This document shows, piece after piece, positions 35,100 through 45,011 of a stretch of DNA of 64,000 bases (positions are counted from its first letter, which is position 1; every line of letters begins with the position of its first letter). The notes under the pieces are model-generated. The model ran no database searches. It saw only the letters and a program-made list of their open reading frames with translations, and had not been told where the DNA came from. The translations under genes and the position numbers were made by a program. The stretch is from Vulcanimicrobiota bacterium (GTDB lineage: Bacteria; Vulcanimicrobiota; Vulcanimicrobiia; Vulcanimicrobiales; Vulcanimicrobiaceae): positions 2,464,001 to 2,528,000 of the forward strand of contig OY968762.1 of the NCBI GenBank assembly GCA_963695225.1, written 5' to 3'.

Positions 35100-37135
35100 A
35101 CGCGCGAGTCCCGACGTACGCGTTCGCCGCGCTCGTCCTTTCGATCGTCCTGATCTTCGTCGTTCCGCTCCCGCCCTGGATGCTCGACGCGCTCCTCGCA
35201 TTCGACATCATGGGCGCCGGTATCGTGCTGCTCATCGCAATCACCGTCGAAGACCCGCTCGAGTTCGCGGCCTTCGCCCCGACGCTCCTGATCGCGACGC
35301 TCTTCCGGCTCGCGCTCGACGTCTCGGCGACGCGCTTGATCCTCACGCAAGGGCACGTTCCCGGCGGTGCGGGGAGCTTGATCCCGGCATTCGGCGAATT
35401 CGTCGTGCGCGGGAACCTCGTCGTCGGCGTCATCGTCCTCGCGATCCTGATAGCGATCCAGTTCCTCGTGATCGCAGCGGGTTCGCAGCGGGTCGCGGAA
35501 GTCGCCGCCCGCTTCACGCTCGATGCGATGCCGGGCAAGCAAATGGCGATCGACGCGGAGGTCCACGCCGGCGCGCTCGATGCGGAAGGGGCGCGCCGCA
35601 AGCGCGCGCTCGTGCAAAAGGAGGCGGACTTCTACGGCGCGATGGACGGCGCCGGGAAGTTCGTCAAGGGCGACGCGATCGCGTCCCTGATCGTCGTCGT
35701 TCTCAACGTCTTCGGCGGCCTCGCCGTCGGCTCGATGCACGGGATGAGCCCGCTCGACGCGCTGAACACGTTCGCGATCCTCTCGATCGGCAACGCGCTC
35801 GCGACGGCGCTCCCGGCCTTCCTCCTCTCGGCGGCGATGGGGTTGATGGTGACGCGGGTGACGGCCGACGCCTCGCTCGGAGTCGATCTCGCCGTGCAAC
35901 TCTCGGCCCGTCCGGAAGTGCTCCGGGCCGGGGGTGCCTTCGCGTTCGTCCTCGCGCTCGTTCCGGCGCTTCCCCGCCCGCCGTTCGTTGCGATCGGCAT
36001 CGGGCTGTTCGCGGCCGCGCGCCTGGCCGGCCGCCGCCGCCGGGAACTCGCGGCCCAAGCGGTCCGGGCGGGCGAGGCGGCGCGGCGTTCCGCGATCCGG
36101 CGGCCGGAGACGGCGCTCGCGCTCGTCGGCGTCGACGCGCTCGCGATCGAAGTGGGGCCGGACCTCGGTGCATTGCTCGTCGCCCCGCACGCCGACGCCC
36201 TGCTCGATCGCATCGGGGAAGTCCGCCGCGCGATCGCGAGCGATTTCGGCTTCGTGCTGCCGGGTGTGCGACTGCGCGACGACCTGTCGCGGGAAGGATA
36301 CGCGATCCGCGTGCGGGACACGCTCGTCGCCGAAGGCCGGCTGCGGCTCGGCGAGGTCCTCGCCGTCGCGGACCCGCCCGTCCTAGCGGCGCTCGGCGGG
36401 GAGGCCGTCCGCGAACCCGTCTATGGGATGGCGGCGCGCTGGATCGCACCCGGCGAGCGCGAGGCGGCGCAGGCTTTGGGTGCGCTCGTCTTCGATCCGG
36501 TTTCGATCGTCGGCTCGCATCTCGCCGAAGTCGCGCGCGCGCACGCCGCCGAACTCGTCGGCCGCCAGGAGATTCAGACGCTTCTGGAACACCTGCGGGC
36601 GAGCGTGCCGACGCTGGTGCGGGAGATCGGCGGGGACGGGCTCCCGCTCGCGCTCGTGCAGCGCGTCTTCGAGGGCCTGTTGCGCGAGCGGATCTGGCCG
36701 CGCGACCCGGTCGCCGTCCTCGAGGCGCTCGTCGATGGGAGCGCCTCGACGCGCGATCCCGGAGAATTGACCGAAGCGGTTCGCAAGCGCATCGTCCCGG
36801 CCCAGCTTGCTCGGCGCGGCCTGCGGCTCTTGGAGCCGATCGTGCTCGCGCCCGCGTTCGAGGAAGAACTGCGGGCGGCGTGGTGCCTCGGCCCGTCCGC
36901 CGCGCCGGATCCGCGCAACGCAACCCACGTCCGGGAGCGCGTCGAGCGCTATCTCGCCCGGATCCCGCGGCCGCGAGCGGCCCTCGTCTGCACGACGTCG
37001 CTCCGGGCGACGCTCGCCGAGGTCCTCACCCGCCTCGGCGTCCCGCTGGACGTCTATTCGTTTGCGGAAATCCCGCCGGGGCTCGAATTGCGTCCTGCCG
37101 AGGTCGTCGAAGCGCCCCTCGCCGCTCCGGCGTGA
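35096..37135 (+). CDS. flhA: Export apparatus protein FlhA
   Basis: RVAEVAARFTLDAMPGKQMAID, EADFYGAMDGAGKFVKGDAIA; ATG at 35096. Confidence 0.96.
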   Translation: MNARVPTYAFAALVLSIVLIFVVPLPPWMLDALLAFDIMGAGIVLLIAITVEDPLEFAAFAPTLLIATLFRLALDVSATRLILTQGHVPGGAGSLIPAFGEFVVRGNLVVGVIVLAILIAIQFLVIAAGSQRVAEVAARFTLDAMPGKQMAIDAEVHAGALDAEGARRKRALVQKEADFYGAMDGAGKFVKGDAIASLIVVVLNVFGGLAVGSMHGMSPLDALNTFAILSIGNALATALPAFLLSAAMGLMVTRVTADASLGVDLAVQLSARPEVLRAGGAFAFVLALVPALPRPPFVAIGIGLFAAARLAGRRRRELAAQAVRAGEAARRSAIRRPETALALVGVDALAIEVGPDLGALLVAPHADALLDRIGEVRRAIASDFGFVLPGVRLRDDLSREGYAIRVRDTLVAEGRLRLGEVLAVADPPVLAALGGEAVREPVYGMAARWIAPGEREAAQALGALVFDPVSIVGSHLAEVARAHAAELVGRQEIQTLLEHLRASVPTLVREIGGDGLPLALVQRVFEGLLRERIWPRDPVAVLEALVDGSASTRDPGELTEAVRKRIVPAQLARRGLRLLEPIVLAPAFEEELRAAWCLGPSAAPDPRNATHVRERVERYLARIPRPRAALVCTTSLRATLAEVLTRLGVPLDVYSFAEIPPGLELRPAEVVEAPLAAPA

Positions 37136-37160
37136 GCGGCGGCCGTACCGGCGGCCGGCT

Positions 37161-37628
37161 TCAGGCGGCCGGGGGCGGCGCGCCGGGCGGCGCTCCCGCC
37201 GCTTGCGCGTCTTCGGCCTCGGAGCAGGCCGGGCAACGCCCCGTGATCGTCAGGGCATAGTCGAGGTCGTCGAAGCCGAGCTTCCCTCCGGCCTCCGAGG
37301 CCAACGGGGCGAGGCCCGGGATCGTGACGTTGCGGACCTCGCGGCAGCCAGTGCAGACCAGATGGTGGTGCTTGTCGAGGGCGGCCTCATAGAGCGAGGC
37401 GCCCCCGGAGGGCGTGAATACCTGCACGAGGCCGAGCCCGCGCAAGATCTCGAGCGTCCGGTAGACGGTCCCCAGGCTTACTTGCGGCTGCCCCGCGCGC
37501 ACGCGCTCGAGGATCGCTTCCGCGGTCAAGTGGGCCCCGTCCCCCAGAGCGTGGAGGACCCCCGAACGCTGCCTGGTCAGGCGGTAGCGCGTTTGCAGGA
37601 GACCTGCGTCGACGGTCTTGACATCCAT
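37161..37628 (-). CDS. Fur-family transcriptional regulator
   Basis: RLTRQR, HLTAE, SLGTVYRTL, HHHLVCTGC, C-terminal CPAC. Confidence 0.93.
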   Translation of the reverse strand: MDVKTVDAGLLQTRYRLTRQRSGVLHALGDGAHLTAEAILERVRAGQPQVSLGTVYRTLEILRGLGLVQVFTPSGGASLYEAALDKHHHLVCTGCREVRNVTIPGLAPLASEAGGKLGFDDLDYALTITGRCPACSEAEDAQAAGAPPGAPPPAA

Positions 37629-37649
37629 CAGAAGACGCCCTTTTTGCGT

Positions 37650-37678
37650 TTGACGGGGTAGGACGACCCTGTTACAAT
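37650..37678 (+). promoter_or_regulatory. Sigma70-type promoter of secDF
   Basis: TTGACG-17 bp-TACAAT with extended -10 TG. Confidence 0.7.
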
Positions 37679-37714
37679 ACGCGGGTTCTACCCTTCCCCG
37701 GGCGCGATAATACG

Positions 37715-38995
37715 ATGTGGTTACGTCTCAAGACCCCGCTGAAGGCGCTTGCCGTGTTCGGCGTGGTCGGTCTCTGTTTGTACCTGATCCTACCGATCCA
37801 GCAGAAAATCCATCTCGGATTGGATCTGCAAGGTGGCGTTCGCGTCCTTTTGCAGCTCAACACCTCGCCTGAAGTCCCAAAGATCACGCCTCAGGTACAA
37901 CAGCAGGTGCAACAGGTCGTCCAGAATCGTATCAATACGCTCGGCGTTTCGGAACCCGTGATCACGAACGTCGGGACGGATCGGATCCTCGTCGAGCTGC
38001 CGAACGTCAAGAACCCGGACGAAGCGGTGCGCCAGCTCAAGGACGTCGCGAAGCTCGATTTCAAGATCGTCCCGGCCGCCGTCGAAGAGCGCGCCCGCGG
38101 CGACGTGGCCTACGCGAACGATCCGAACGGCGCCTACAAGGATTCGGGGCCGATCGTTTACAACGGCGCCGACCTGAAGGGAGCGCAACCGGGCCCCGAC
38201 CAGTCGAACGGCGACAATTACCGGATCCTCTTCCAGACGAAGAAGCCCGCCGAGTTCGCGAAGATGACGCAAGAGAACATGGGGAAGCTGCTCGGCATTT
38301 TCTTGGATAAGAAGTACGTTTCGGCCGCGACGATCCAGGGCGTGATCGCCGGTGACGGCGAGATCACCGGCCGGTTCACCGCCGAAGAGGCAACCCGCAT
38401 CGCGAACGAGCTGAACGCCGGCGCCCTCCCGGTCGCGGTCACGATCGTCGAGAACGATACGGTCGGCCCGCTGCTGGGCAAGACGGACCTGGAGAAGTCT
38501 CTGTGGGCGTCGGTGGTCGGGCTCGGCCTCGTCCTCATCTTCATGCTCGCGTACTATCGGTTGCCGGGCTTCATGGCCGACCTCGCGCTCGTGCTCTACG
38601 TCCTGATGCTGCTCGGGATCCTCGCGCTCTCGAAAGCCGTCCTGACGCTCCCCGGCATCGCGGGCTTCGTGCTTTCGATCGGCATGGCGGTCGACGCGAA
38701 CGTCCTGATCTTCGAACGCCTCAAGGAAGAGCTGTGGGCCGGCAAGACGCTCCGCGCCGCGGTCCGTACCGGATTCTCGCGCGCGTTCTCGTCGGTCTGG
38801 GACAGCCACTTCACGACGATCGTCGGCGCCGGCGTGTTGTTCGTGCTCGGGACGGGGACGGTGAAGGGCTTCGCCTACACGCTGCTCTGGGGCACGATCT
38901 TCTCGCTCGTGACCGCAGTCTTCATCACGCGCTTCTTCATGGACGTCGTCGTCGACAACGATCTCGCGACCGATCCGAAGCTGTACGGAGCCTAG
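37715..38995 (+). CDS. secD: Protein translocase subunit SecD
   Basis: LGLDLQGG, LGVSEP, LTLPGIAG, GMAVDANVLIFER. Confidence 0.97.
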   Translation: MWLRLKTPLKALAVFGVVGLCLYLILPIQQKIHLGLDLQGGVRVLLQLNTSPEVPKITPQVQQQVQQVVQNRINTLGVSEPVITNVGTDRILVELPNVKNPDEAVRQLKDVAKLDFKIVPAAVEERARGDVAYANDPNGAYKDSGPIVYNGADLKGAQPGPDQSNGDNYRILFQTKKPAEFAKMTQENMGKLLGIFLDKKYVSAATIQGVIAGDGEITGRFTAEEATRIANELNAGALPVAVTIVENDTVGPLLGKTDLEKSLWASVVGLGLVLIFMLAYYRLPGFMADLALVLYVLMLLGILALSKAVLTLPGIAGFVLSIGMAVDANVLIFERLKEELWAGKTLRAAVRTGFSRAFSSVWDSHFTTIVGAGVLFVLGTGTVKGFAYTLLWGTIFSLVTAVFITRFFMDVVVDNDLATDPKLYGA

Positions 38996-38999
38996 GCCG

Positions 39000-40394
39000 A
39001 TGTTCTTCCGCAATAAGAACTGGAACGTCGTCGGCTGGTTCCGCACGGTCTCGTACGTTTCGTACGCGATCATCCTAGCCGGCTTGATCACGATGGGCTA
39101 TAACTGGGTGACGAAGGGCTACCCGCTGCGGCTCGGGCTCTCGTTTACTGGTGGAACGGACGTCACGGTCAAGTTCAAGGCGCCGGTCACGAAGGACCAG
39201 ATCGCGAGCGCGCTCGCGACCGTCGGTGCCAGGGATGCCGTCATCAACACGCTTTCGCGGGCCGGCGACGCCGAGCCGAACGAGCGCTACACGATCGAGA
39301 CGCAGACGGCCTTCGGGAACGACCCCGCGCCGCTGCAGAGCGCGCTCGGCGCGCTCGCTCCGATCGATAAAGACCAGTGGTCGATGTCGTCGGTCGGTCC
39401 CTCGCTCTCGCGCGAATACCTGTTCCGCGCGATCGAGGCGCTCGTCATCGCGATCGCGATCCAATTCATCTACATCGCGTTCCGTTTCGGCTGGAACTAC
39501 ATCTTTGGGTTCGTCGTCGTCGTCGCGCTCGTCCGCGACTCGCTGATGATGATCGGCATTTACGCGATGGCCGGCCGGCGCGCGGACGACGCGTTCCTGG
39601 CGGCCGTCCTGACCGTCATCGGCTACTCCGTGATGGATACGATCGTCATCCTCGACCGGATCCGCGAGAACGTCAAGCTGATGGCGGGCGAGGAGTTCCA
39701 CAAGATCGTCAACACGTCGATCCTGCAGACGATGACCCGCTCGCTGAACACGCTGGCGACCGTCGTGATCACGCTCGTGGCGCTGCTGGCGCTCGGCGGG
39801 GCGTCCCTGCAGAACTTCGCGTTCGCACTGCTCGTCGGCATCTGCTCGGGCGGTTACCATTCGATCTTCTACTCGGCGCCGCTCGTCTCGAAGCTGCGCG
39901 AGGAACCGCCGGCGCTCTTCCGCTGGCTCAACGCGCAGCTCGCCGCGCGGCCTTCCCATAAGGACGAGCTGGACAAGCCGAGGACCGTCGCCGAGGCTCG
40001 CTCCCAGGCGGCGGCCGCGAAGGACCGCGAGGCGGTTCTGGCGGCCCGCAAGGAACGGCGCGAGCGGGAGCGCTCGCAACAGCCGCGCGCTTCGGGCGGC
40101 CCCGCGCGCTACAAGAAGAAGCAGCGGCCCGCGCAGGGTGCGGCCGGGGCCTCGCAGGCAGCGCTCGCGGCCGAGCCGGCGGAGGAGGAACTGCACGAGG
40201 AGCCGCAGCACGAAGCGCCGCGCTACGACGGGCCGCAGATCGATCCGCTCGACGCGCAAAACGCCGGATTGCACGAGCAAGAGCTCGCGCTAGGGCACGA
40301 AGAGATCCATCTGAATTTCGACGAGCACGAGCCGCTCGAGCACGTCGCCGATGCCCCGACCGAAAGACCCGCGGCCGCCCGCCCGGAAAAGTAA
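39000..40394 (+). CDS. secF: Protein translocase subunit SecF with long charged C-terminal tail
   Basis: GLSFTGGT, VGPS, LTVIGYSVMDTIVILDRIREN, TMTRSLNT. Confidence 0.95.
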   Translation: MFFRNKNWNVVGWFRTVSYVSYAIILAGLITMGYNWVTKGYPLRLGLSFTGGTDVTVKFKAPVTKDQIASALATVGARDAVINTLSRAGDAEPNERYTIETQTAFGNDPAPLQSALGALAPIDKDQWSMSSVGPSLSREYLFRAIEALVIAIAIQFIYIAFRFGWNYIFGFVVVVALVRDSLMMIGIYAMAGRRADDAFLAAVLTVIGYSVMDTIVILDRIRENVKLMAGEEFHKIVNTSILQTMTRSLNTLATVVITLVALLALGGASLQNFAFALLVGICSGGYHSIFYSAPLVSKLREEPPALFRWLNAQLAARPSHKDELDKPRTVAEARSQAAAAKDREAVLAARKERRERERSQQPRASGGPARYKKKQRPAQGAAGASQAALAAEPAEEELHEEPQHEAPRYDGPQIDPLDAQNAGLHEQELALGHEEIHLNFDEHEPLEHVADAPTERPAAARPEK

Positions 40395-42336
40395 CCTCCC
40401 ACCTCCGACGGCCTCTGAAGCGGCGTTCGAGCGGATCCTCGCGTCGTTTCCGACGCAGGAAGCGGTGCCGTCCGCGGTTGGCGCGGGGGCGATCCTCGAC
40501 GATTTGTTCGCGCGGCGCGGCGAGCTGCTTTCGCGCGAGCCGTTTGCCCGGATCGGCGAGGCGGAAGAGTTCAACACGAAGATCGTCGGCGTCACGTTCG
40601 AGGGGCGCCAGGACGTGATCGCGGGGCTCCGGCAGGGCGACCGGCTCGAGCTTGTGCGCCGGCCGGAGAATCCGCACGATTCGAACGCGATCGCCGTGTG
40701 CTTCGGCGATTTGCAGCTGGGCTTTCTGCGCCGGGAGATCGCGTTCCGACTCGCGCCGAAGATCGATGCGGGCGTGCGCTACACGGCCGCCGTCACCGAT
40801 GTAACGGGCGGCAGCGACGGGAAGAACGTCGGCACGAACATTCGCGTCCGCCGCGCGCGGGATCCGCTCGGCGCTCCGCGCGCGGCCGCCGCTTCGGAGA
40901 GAAGCGTCGACCGGGACGACTTGCGGCGCGCCCTGATCGGGGACGGCGCGCTACGCCCCGCGCAGCACGAGGTTCTCGAACGCGTCGCCGGCGGACGGAA
41001 TACGCTCGCGGTCATGGGTACCGGCCGGGGAAAATCGCTCTGTTTTCAGTTTCCCGCCGCGCAGCGGGCGCTCGAACGGAACGAGAAGACGCTCGTCCTG
41101 TATCCGTTGCGCGCGCTCGCGAACGATCAGTACGAGTCGTTCGTGCGGCGCTTGGGCGGCTTCGGGTTGCGCGTCTTGCGCGCGAACGGGTCGATCGAGC
41201 GGGAGGAACGCGAGCAGCTCGACGCGGCGCTCGAGGCCGGCAGTTGGGACGTGATCCTCGCCACGCCCGAGTTCACGCAGCACCATCGTGCCGCGTTCAC
41301 GCGCCCGCACAACCGGCCCTCGCTCGTCGTCGTCGACGAGGCGCACCACGTCTACGAGTCGCGGCATCGGCCGGCCTACGGAGCGCTCGGTTCGTTCGTG
41401 GCGGAGCTCGGCGCTCCGCAGGTTCTCGCGCTGACGGCGACGGCGAACGGCGAGGCGTTTCGCGCGATCCGCGAGGCGCTGCGCATCGAGCGCTGGGTGA
41501 TCGATCCGACGATCAGGGAGAACCTGCACGTCGTCGACGCGCGCGGTACGAAGGACAAGCACGCCTACATCGCGGCGCAGCTCGATCCGAGCGGGAAGTC
41601 GATCGTCTACTGTAACTCGCGCGACCAGGCGACGAAGATCGCCGAGGGGCTGCGCCGCACGCTCGGCAACGTCGCGGCGTTCTACCACGCCGGCTTGACC
41701 TCGGCGGACCGCGCGAACGTCGAGTCGCTCTTCCGTTCGGGCGACGTGCGCATCGTTGCCGCGACTTCCGCCTTCGGCGAGGGCATCGATTTGCCCGACG
41801 TTCGCGACGTTTTCCTCTACCATCTGAATTTCGATTTCACGGAGTTCAACCAGCAGGCCGGGCGCGTCGGCCGAGACGGAGCACCTGCCCGCATCCATTT
41901 GCTCTTCGGCGATTCCGATCGAGGTCTGAACGACTACATAATCGCGCGCTCGGCCCCGACGCTTGCGACGTTACGCGAGCTCTACCGCGAGATGAAGAAG
42001 CTCTCGACGTTCGGCGTGCTGCGCAGCGGCTACACCGACATCGCCCGGACGCTCGAGATCAAAGGCGTCGAAGGGGAGACGGTGGGCGCGGCGATGCGGA
42101 TGTTCGAAGAAGCGGGGCTCGTCGAGACGGGGAGCGACGACGACGGCCGCTACGTCCGCTTTCTCGAAGTGCGCGAACGCGTCGATCTCACTACGACGAC
42201 GCGCTACGCCGAGGCGGAAGCCGAGCGCGAGAGCTTCGACCGCTTTTGCAAACTCGCGCTCGGAGCAGCTGGCCCGCAACTCGAGCAGATCGTGAACCGG
42301 CCGATCTATCCGGACGGCATTCCGCTCGTCGTCTAA
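40351..42336 (+). CDS. HIRAN-domain RecQ-like DEAH helicase (start uncertain)
   Basis: KIVGVTF...RRPENPHDSNAIAV...LGFL (HIRAN); TGRGKS, DEAH, TAT, ATSAFGEGID, QQAGRVGRDG. Confidence 0.88.
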   Translation: MPRPKDPRPPARKSNLPPPTASEAAFERILASFPTQEAVPSAVGAGAILDDLFARRGELLSREPFARIGEAEEFNTKIVGVTFEGRQDVIAGLRQGDRLELVRRPENPHDSNAIAVCFGDLQLGFLRREIAFRLAPKIDAGVRYTAAVTDVTGGSDGKNVGTNIRVRRARDPLGAPRAAAASERSVDRDDLRRALIGDGALRPAQHEVLERVAGGRNTLAVMGTGRGKSLCFQFPAAQRALERNEKTLVLYPLRALANDQYESFVRRLGGFGLRVLRANGSIEREEREQLDAALEAGSWDVILATPEFTQHHRAAFTRPHNRPSLVVVDEAHHVYESRHRPAYGALGSFVAELGAPQVLALTATANGEAFRAIREALRIERWVIDPTIRENLHVVDARGTKDKHAYIAAQLDPSGKSIVYCNSRDQATKIAEGLRRTLGNVAAFYHAGLTSADRANVESLFRSGDVRIVAATSAFGEGIDLPDVRDVFLYHLNFDFTEFNQQAGRVGRDGAPARIHLLFGDSDRGLNDYIIARSAPTLATLRELYREMKKLSTFGVLRSGYTDIARTLEIKGVEGETVGAAMRMFEEAGLVETGSDDDGRYVRFLEVRERVDLTTTTRYAEAEAERESFDRFCKLALGAAGPQLEQIVNRPIYPDGIPLVV

Positions 42337-42388
42337 CCGGCGACCTTGCGAAACACGCGGGGAGCGTCGTAGTTTGCGCCTCGAACGC

Positions 42389-42796
42389 TCAACCGTCCGC
42401 GATTTCCGTCGCCGTTGCCGTTCGGCTTTCGAGCGCCGCCGCGAGACGGCGTGCGGAGAGCATGCCGATCGGCTCTCCCGCCGCGTTCACGACGGGGAGA
42501 TGGCGAATCCCCAGCGCGATCATCCGCATCGCCACGACCGTAACATCCTCGGCGTGGCTCACCGTGATAGGGCCGGCGGACATGAAGAGCCCCGCAGTCA
42601 TCGCACGCGGGTCTATGCCGTCGGCGATCGCTGCAACGAGATCCCGTTCGGTGATGATGCCGAGCAACCGGCCGTCTTCCATCACCGCGGCGGAGCCGCT
42701 ATCCTCGACGCGCATCCGGCGCGCGACCTCCGCGAGGCTCGCTTCGGACTTGACCGCCAGCAGCGGATCGATCGCAAGATCGCTGACTCGCATCAC
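42389..42796 (-). CDS. CBS-domain protein
   Basis: LLGIITERDL and IRHLPVV tandem CBS motifs. Confidence 0.9.
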   Translation of the reverse strand: MMRVSDLAIDPLLAVKSEASLAEVARRMRVEDSGSAAVMEDGRLLGIITERDLVAAIADGIDPRAMTAGLFMSAGPITVSHAEDVTVVAMRMIALGIRHLPVVNAAGEPIGMLSARRLAAALESRTATATEIADG

Positions 42797-43648
42797 TCAC
42801 TCCACGTCATAGTGCGAGGGCACCATGCTCTGCAGCGCCTTCGGCGGCCGTTCGTAGGCGCGCTTCTGCCGTTTGGGGACTTCGATGTGCTCGTGCGGAA
42901 CCGTTTCGTACGGAATGAGCGAGAGCAGATGTTTGATCAAGTTCAAGTGCGCGCTCTTCTTGTTGTCGGTCTCGATGACGTACCACGGCGATTCCTTGCT
43001 GTCCGTATAGGCGAACATCTCGTCCTTCGCCTCGGAGTAATCGACCCACCGTGCGCGAGCTTGCAAGTCCATCGGACTGAGCTTCCAGCGCTTGTGCGGG
43101 TCGTTGATCCTGGCTTGAAAACGGCGTTCCTGTTCCTCGTCGCTGACCGAAAGCCAGTACTTGATCACGATGATTCCAGAGCGGATAAGCATGCGCTCGA
43201 ACTGCGGGCACGTGCGCATGAATTCCTGATATTCGTCCTCGCTGCAGAAGCCCATCACGCGCTCGACGCCCGCCCGGTTGTACCAACTCCGGTCGAACAG
43301 GACCATCTCGCCGGCCGAAGGCAGATGGGCGACATAGCGTTGGAAGTACCATTGCGTGCGCTCGCGCTCCGTCGGCGCGGGCAACGCAACGATGCGGCAA
43401 AAACGCGGATTGAGCAAAGCCGTGATGCGCTTGATCATCCCGCCTTTCCCGGCGGTGTCGCGCCCCTCGAAGATGATGACCACGCGCAGGCCCTGCTGGC
43501 GGACCCATTCTTCCAGTCGCAGCAGCTCGATCTGGAGGCGCCTGAGCTCCTTCTCATACGCCTTGGGCGTCAACCGCAGGGGCGGCGCGCAGGCGCCGTC
43601 GGCGGCGGGCTGTGTTTCGCTCTTGTGCGCTGCCATCGACCTGACCAA
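42797..43648 (-). CDS. ppk2: Polyphosphate kinase 2
   Basis: FEGRDTAGKGG, FDRSWYNRAGVERVMGF, WKLSPMD. Confidence 0.95.
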   Translation of the reverse strand: MVRSMAAHKSETQPAADGACAPPLRLTPKAYEKELRRLQIELLRLEEWVRQQGLRVVIIFEGRDTAGKGGMIKRITALLNPRFCRIVALPAPTERERTQWYFQRYVAHLPSAGEMVLFDRSWYNRAGVERVMGFCSEDEYQEFMRTCPQFERMLIRSGIIVIKYWLSVSDEEQERRFQARINDPHKRWKLSPMDLQARARWVDYSEAKDEMFAYTDSKESPWYVIETDNKKSAHLNLIKHLLSLIPYETVPHEHIEVPKRQKRAYERPPKALQSMVPSHYDVE

Positions 43649-43756
43649 CAGTATGCAACGAGCGCAGCGAACATCCCGCCGCGTCGCCGAAGTCGTACGA
43701 GCGTTCGGCGCGGATTCGCTCGCTAGCGATGCTCTAGAAAGACAGAGAGCGGCGCC

Positions 43757-44986
43757 CTAGGCGACGGCGCCGGCCACGCGCGCGCCGTCGACGCTGCGGT
43801 AGAATGCGGTATCCGTCTCGCTGACGCGCGGTGCCCACGGATCGACTTCGTTCCGGCGGATCGGGAAATGCACGGTCGGGCCGGCCGCATCCGAATAGTC
43901 GGCGTGCGCGAACGGTGAGAAATCGTCGCTCTCGCGATGGGCGAGCACGGTCGCGCCGACCGCCGACGCGGCACTCCGCGCGGCGGTGCGGATGGCGTCC
44001 GGCAGACGTCCGTCTTCGGCGAACGTCGCGTAGAGCGCGAGCGCCGGGCGATCGGCCTGCCACGGCATGCGCTCGGCGTGAGGGAAGCGGACCATGCCGC
44101 CGATCGCGCGCGCATCTTGCCGGATCGCGCTGCGCGCGGCGGCATTGCGCGCGCTCGCCGCGAGCGCGTCGTCGAGTTCTTTCACCGCGCCCTCGACGTT
44201 CGCGATCTTCTTGGGATCGAGGTCGAGGACGTCGAATGCGGCGGCCGGTCCGTAGGCGCCGGCGCCCGCGATCCGGTAGCGCGCCGTCATCGTCTCCTCG
44301 ACGACGGCTTTCGCCATCGCGCGAGGGTCGTCCAGGTGTTGCGCGATCGCGTGCGCGACGTTCGTGGGGACGCCGGGCGCGAGCATCGTCTCGGGCGACG
44401 CGGCCAAGAACCGGACGCCGGCATGCGAGAGCGCCGACGAGAAGCCGAGCGTCGCCATCAGGCATTGGTTTGCCACCAAGCCGTCGACCTTGCGCGCGGC
44501 ATCCTCCGGGTGTTCCTTCGCGTGCAGCGCGATGCCGTCCGAGATCGCGCCCGCGATGTCGTCGGAGCGCATGATGTCGCTGCCGTGATCGGCCTCGAGG
44601 CCGCCGCCGTCGCCCGCGCCGTGATCGACGAGATCGACCCAGGTCTGCGCCGCGTGCGCTTCGCGCGCGTTCTCGAGCGTCCGCGCGACGAACTTCGCGA
44701 GATTGCTGCGCGCCGCCATGTCGTGTGGCCGCCGGCTGATGGACCGATCCGCGATCCCCCCGCCGTCGATCTTGTAGTCTTCGGTGTGCAATCTGGTGCG
44801 AGCGCCGAACGGATCGCGCGCCGTAGTATCCTCAACGGTGAACTCCACGCTGCGATCGGTCCGGCTCGTTTCGACCGCTTGCGCGATTGTCTTTCCCTGA
44901 ACGAGGTCGAGGTTGTTGTCGCCGTCGCGATACAGTCCGAATTCAAGCGCGCGCCCAGCGCGCTGGGTTGCGATCGGTACGATCAT
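43757..44986 (-). CDS. Clostripain-like (C11, clan CD) cysteine peptidase
   Basis: Y.DGDNNL, DHGAG (catalytic His-Gly), QCLMA (catalytic Cys), ASPE. Confidence 0.72.
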   Translation of the reverse strand: MIVPIATQRAGRALEFGLYRDGDNNLDLVQGKTIAQAVETSRTDRSVEFTVEDTTARDPFGARTRLHTEDYKIDGGGIADRSISRRPHDMAARSNLAKFVARTLENAREAHAAQTWVDLVDHGAGDGGGLEADHGSDIMRSDDIAGAISDGIALHAKEHPEDAARKVDGLVANQCLMATLGFSSALSHAGVRFLAASPETMLAPGVPTNVAHAIAQHLDDPRAMAKAVVEETMTARYRIAGAGAYGPAAAFDVLDLDPKKIANVEGAVKELDDALAASARNAAARSAIRQDARAIGGMVRFPHAERMPWQADRPALALYATFAEDGRLPDAIRTAARSAASAVGATVLAHRESDDFSPFAHADYSDAAGPTVHFPIRRNEVDPWAPRVSETDTAFYRSVDGARVAGAVA

Positions 44987-45011
44987 GGGTTCCTCCGAAC
45001 GAGTGCGGTCG
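44921..45011. repeat. Direct repeat copy 1 (91 bp; RBS and 5' end of the peptidase gene)
   Basis: Matches 46513-46603 with 4 mismatches by manual alignment. Confidence 0.92.

Noticed and set aside
21203..37135. Classical injectisome (non-flagellar T3SS)
   Set aside because: FliE, FlgC, a rod gene and a two-TM FliF are flagellar-type components, and no secretin, needle or translocon gene was seen.
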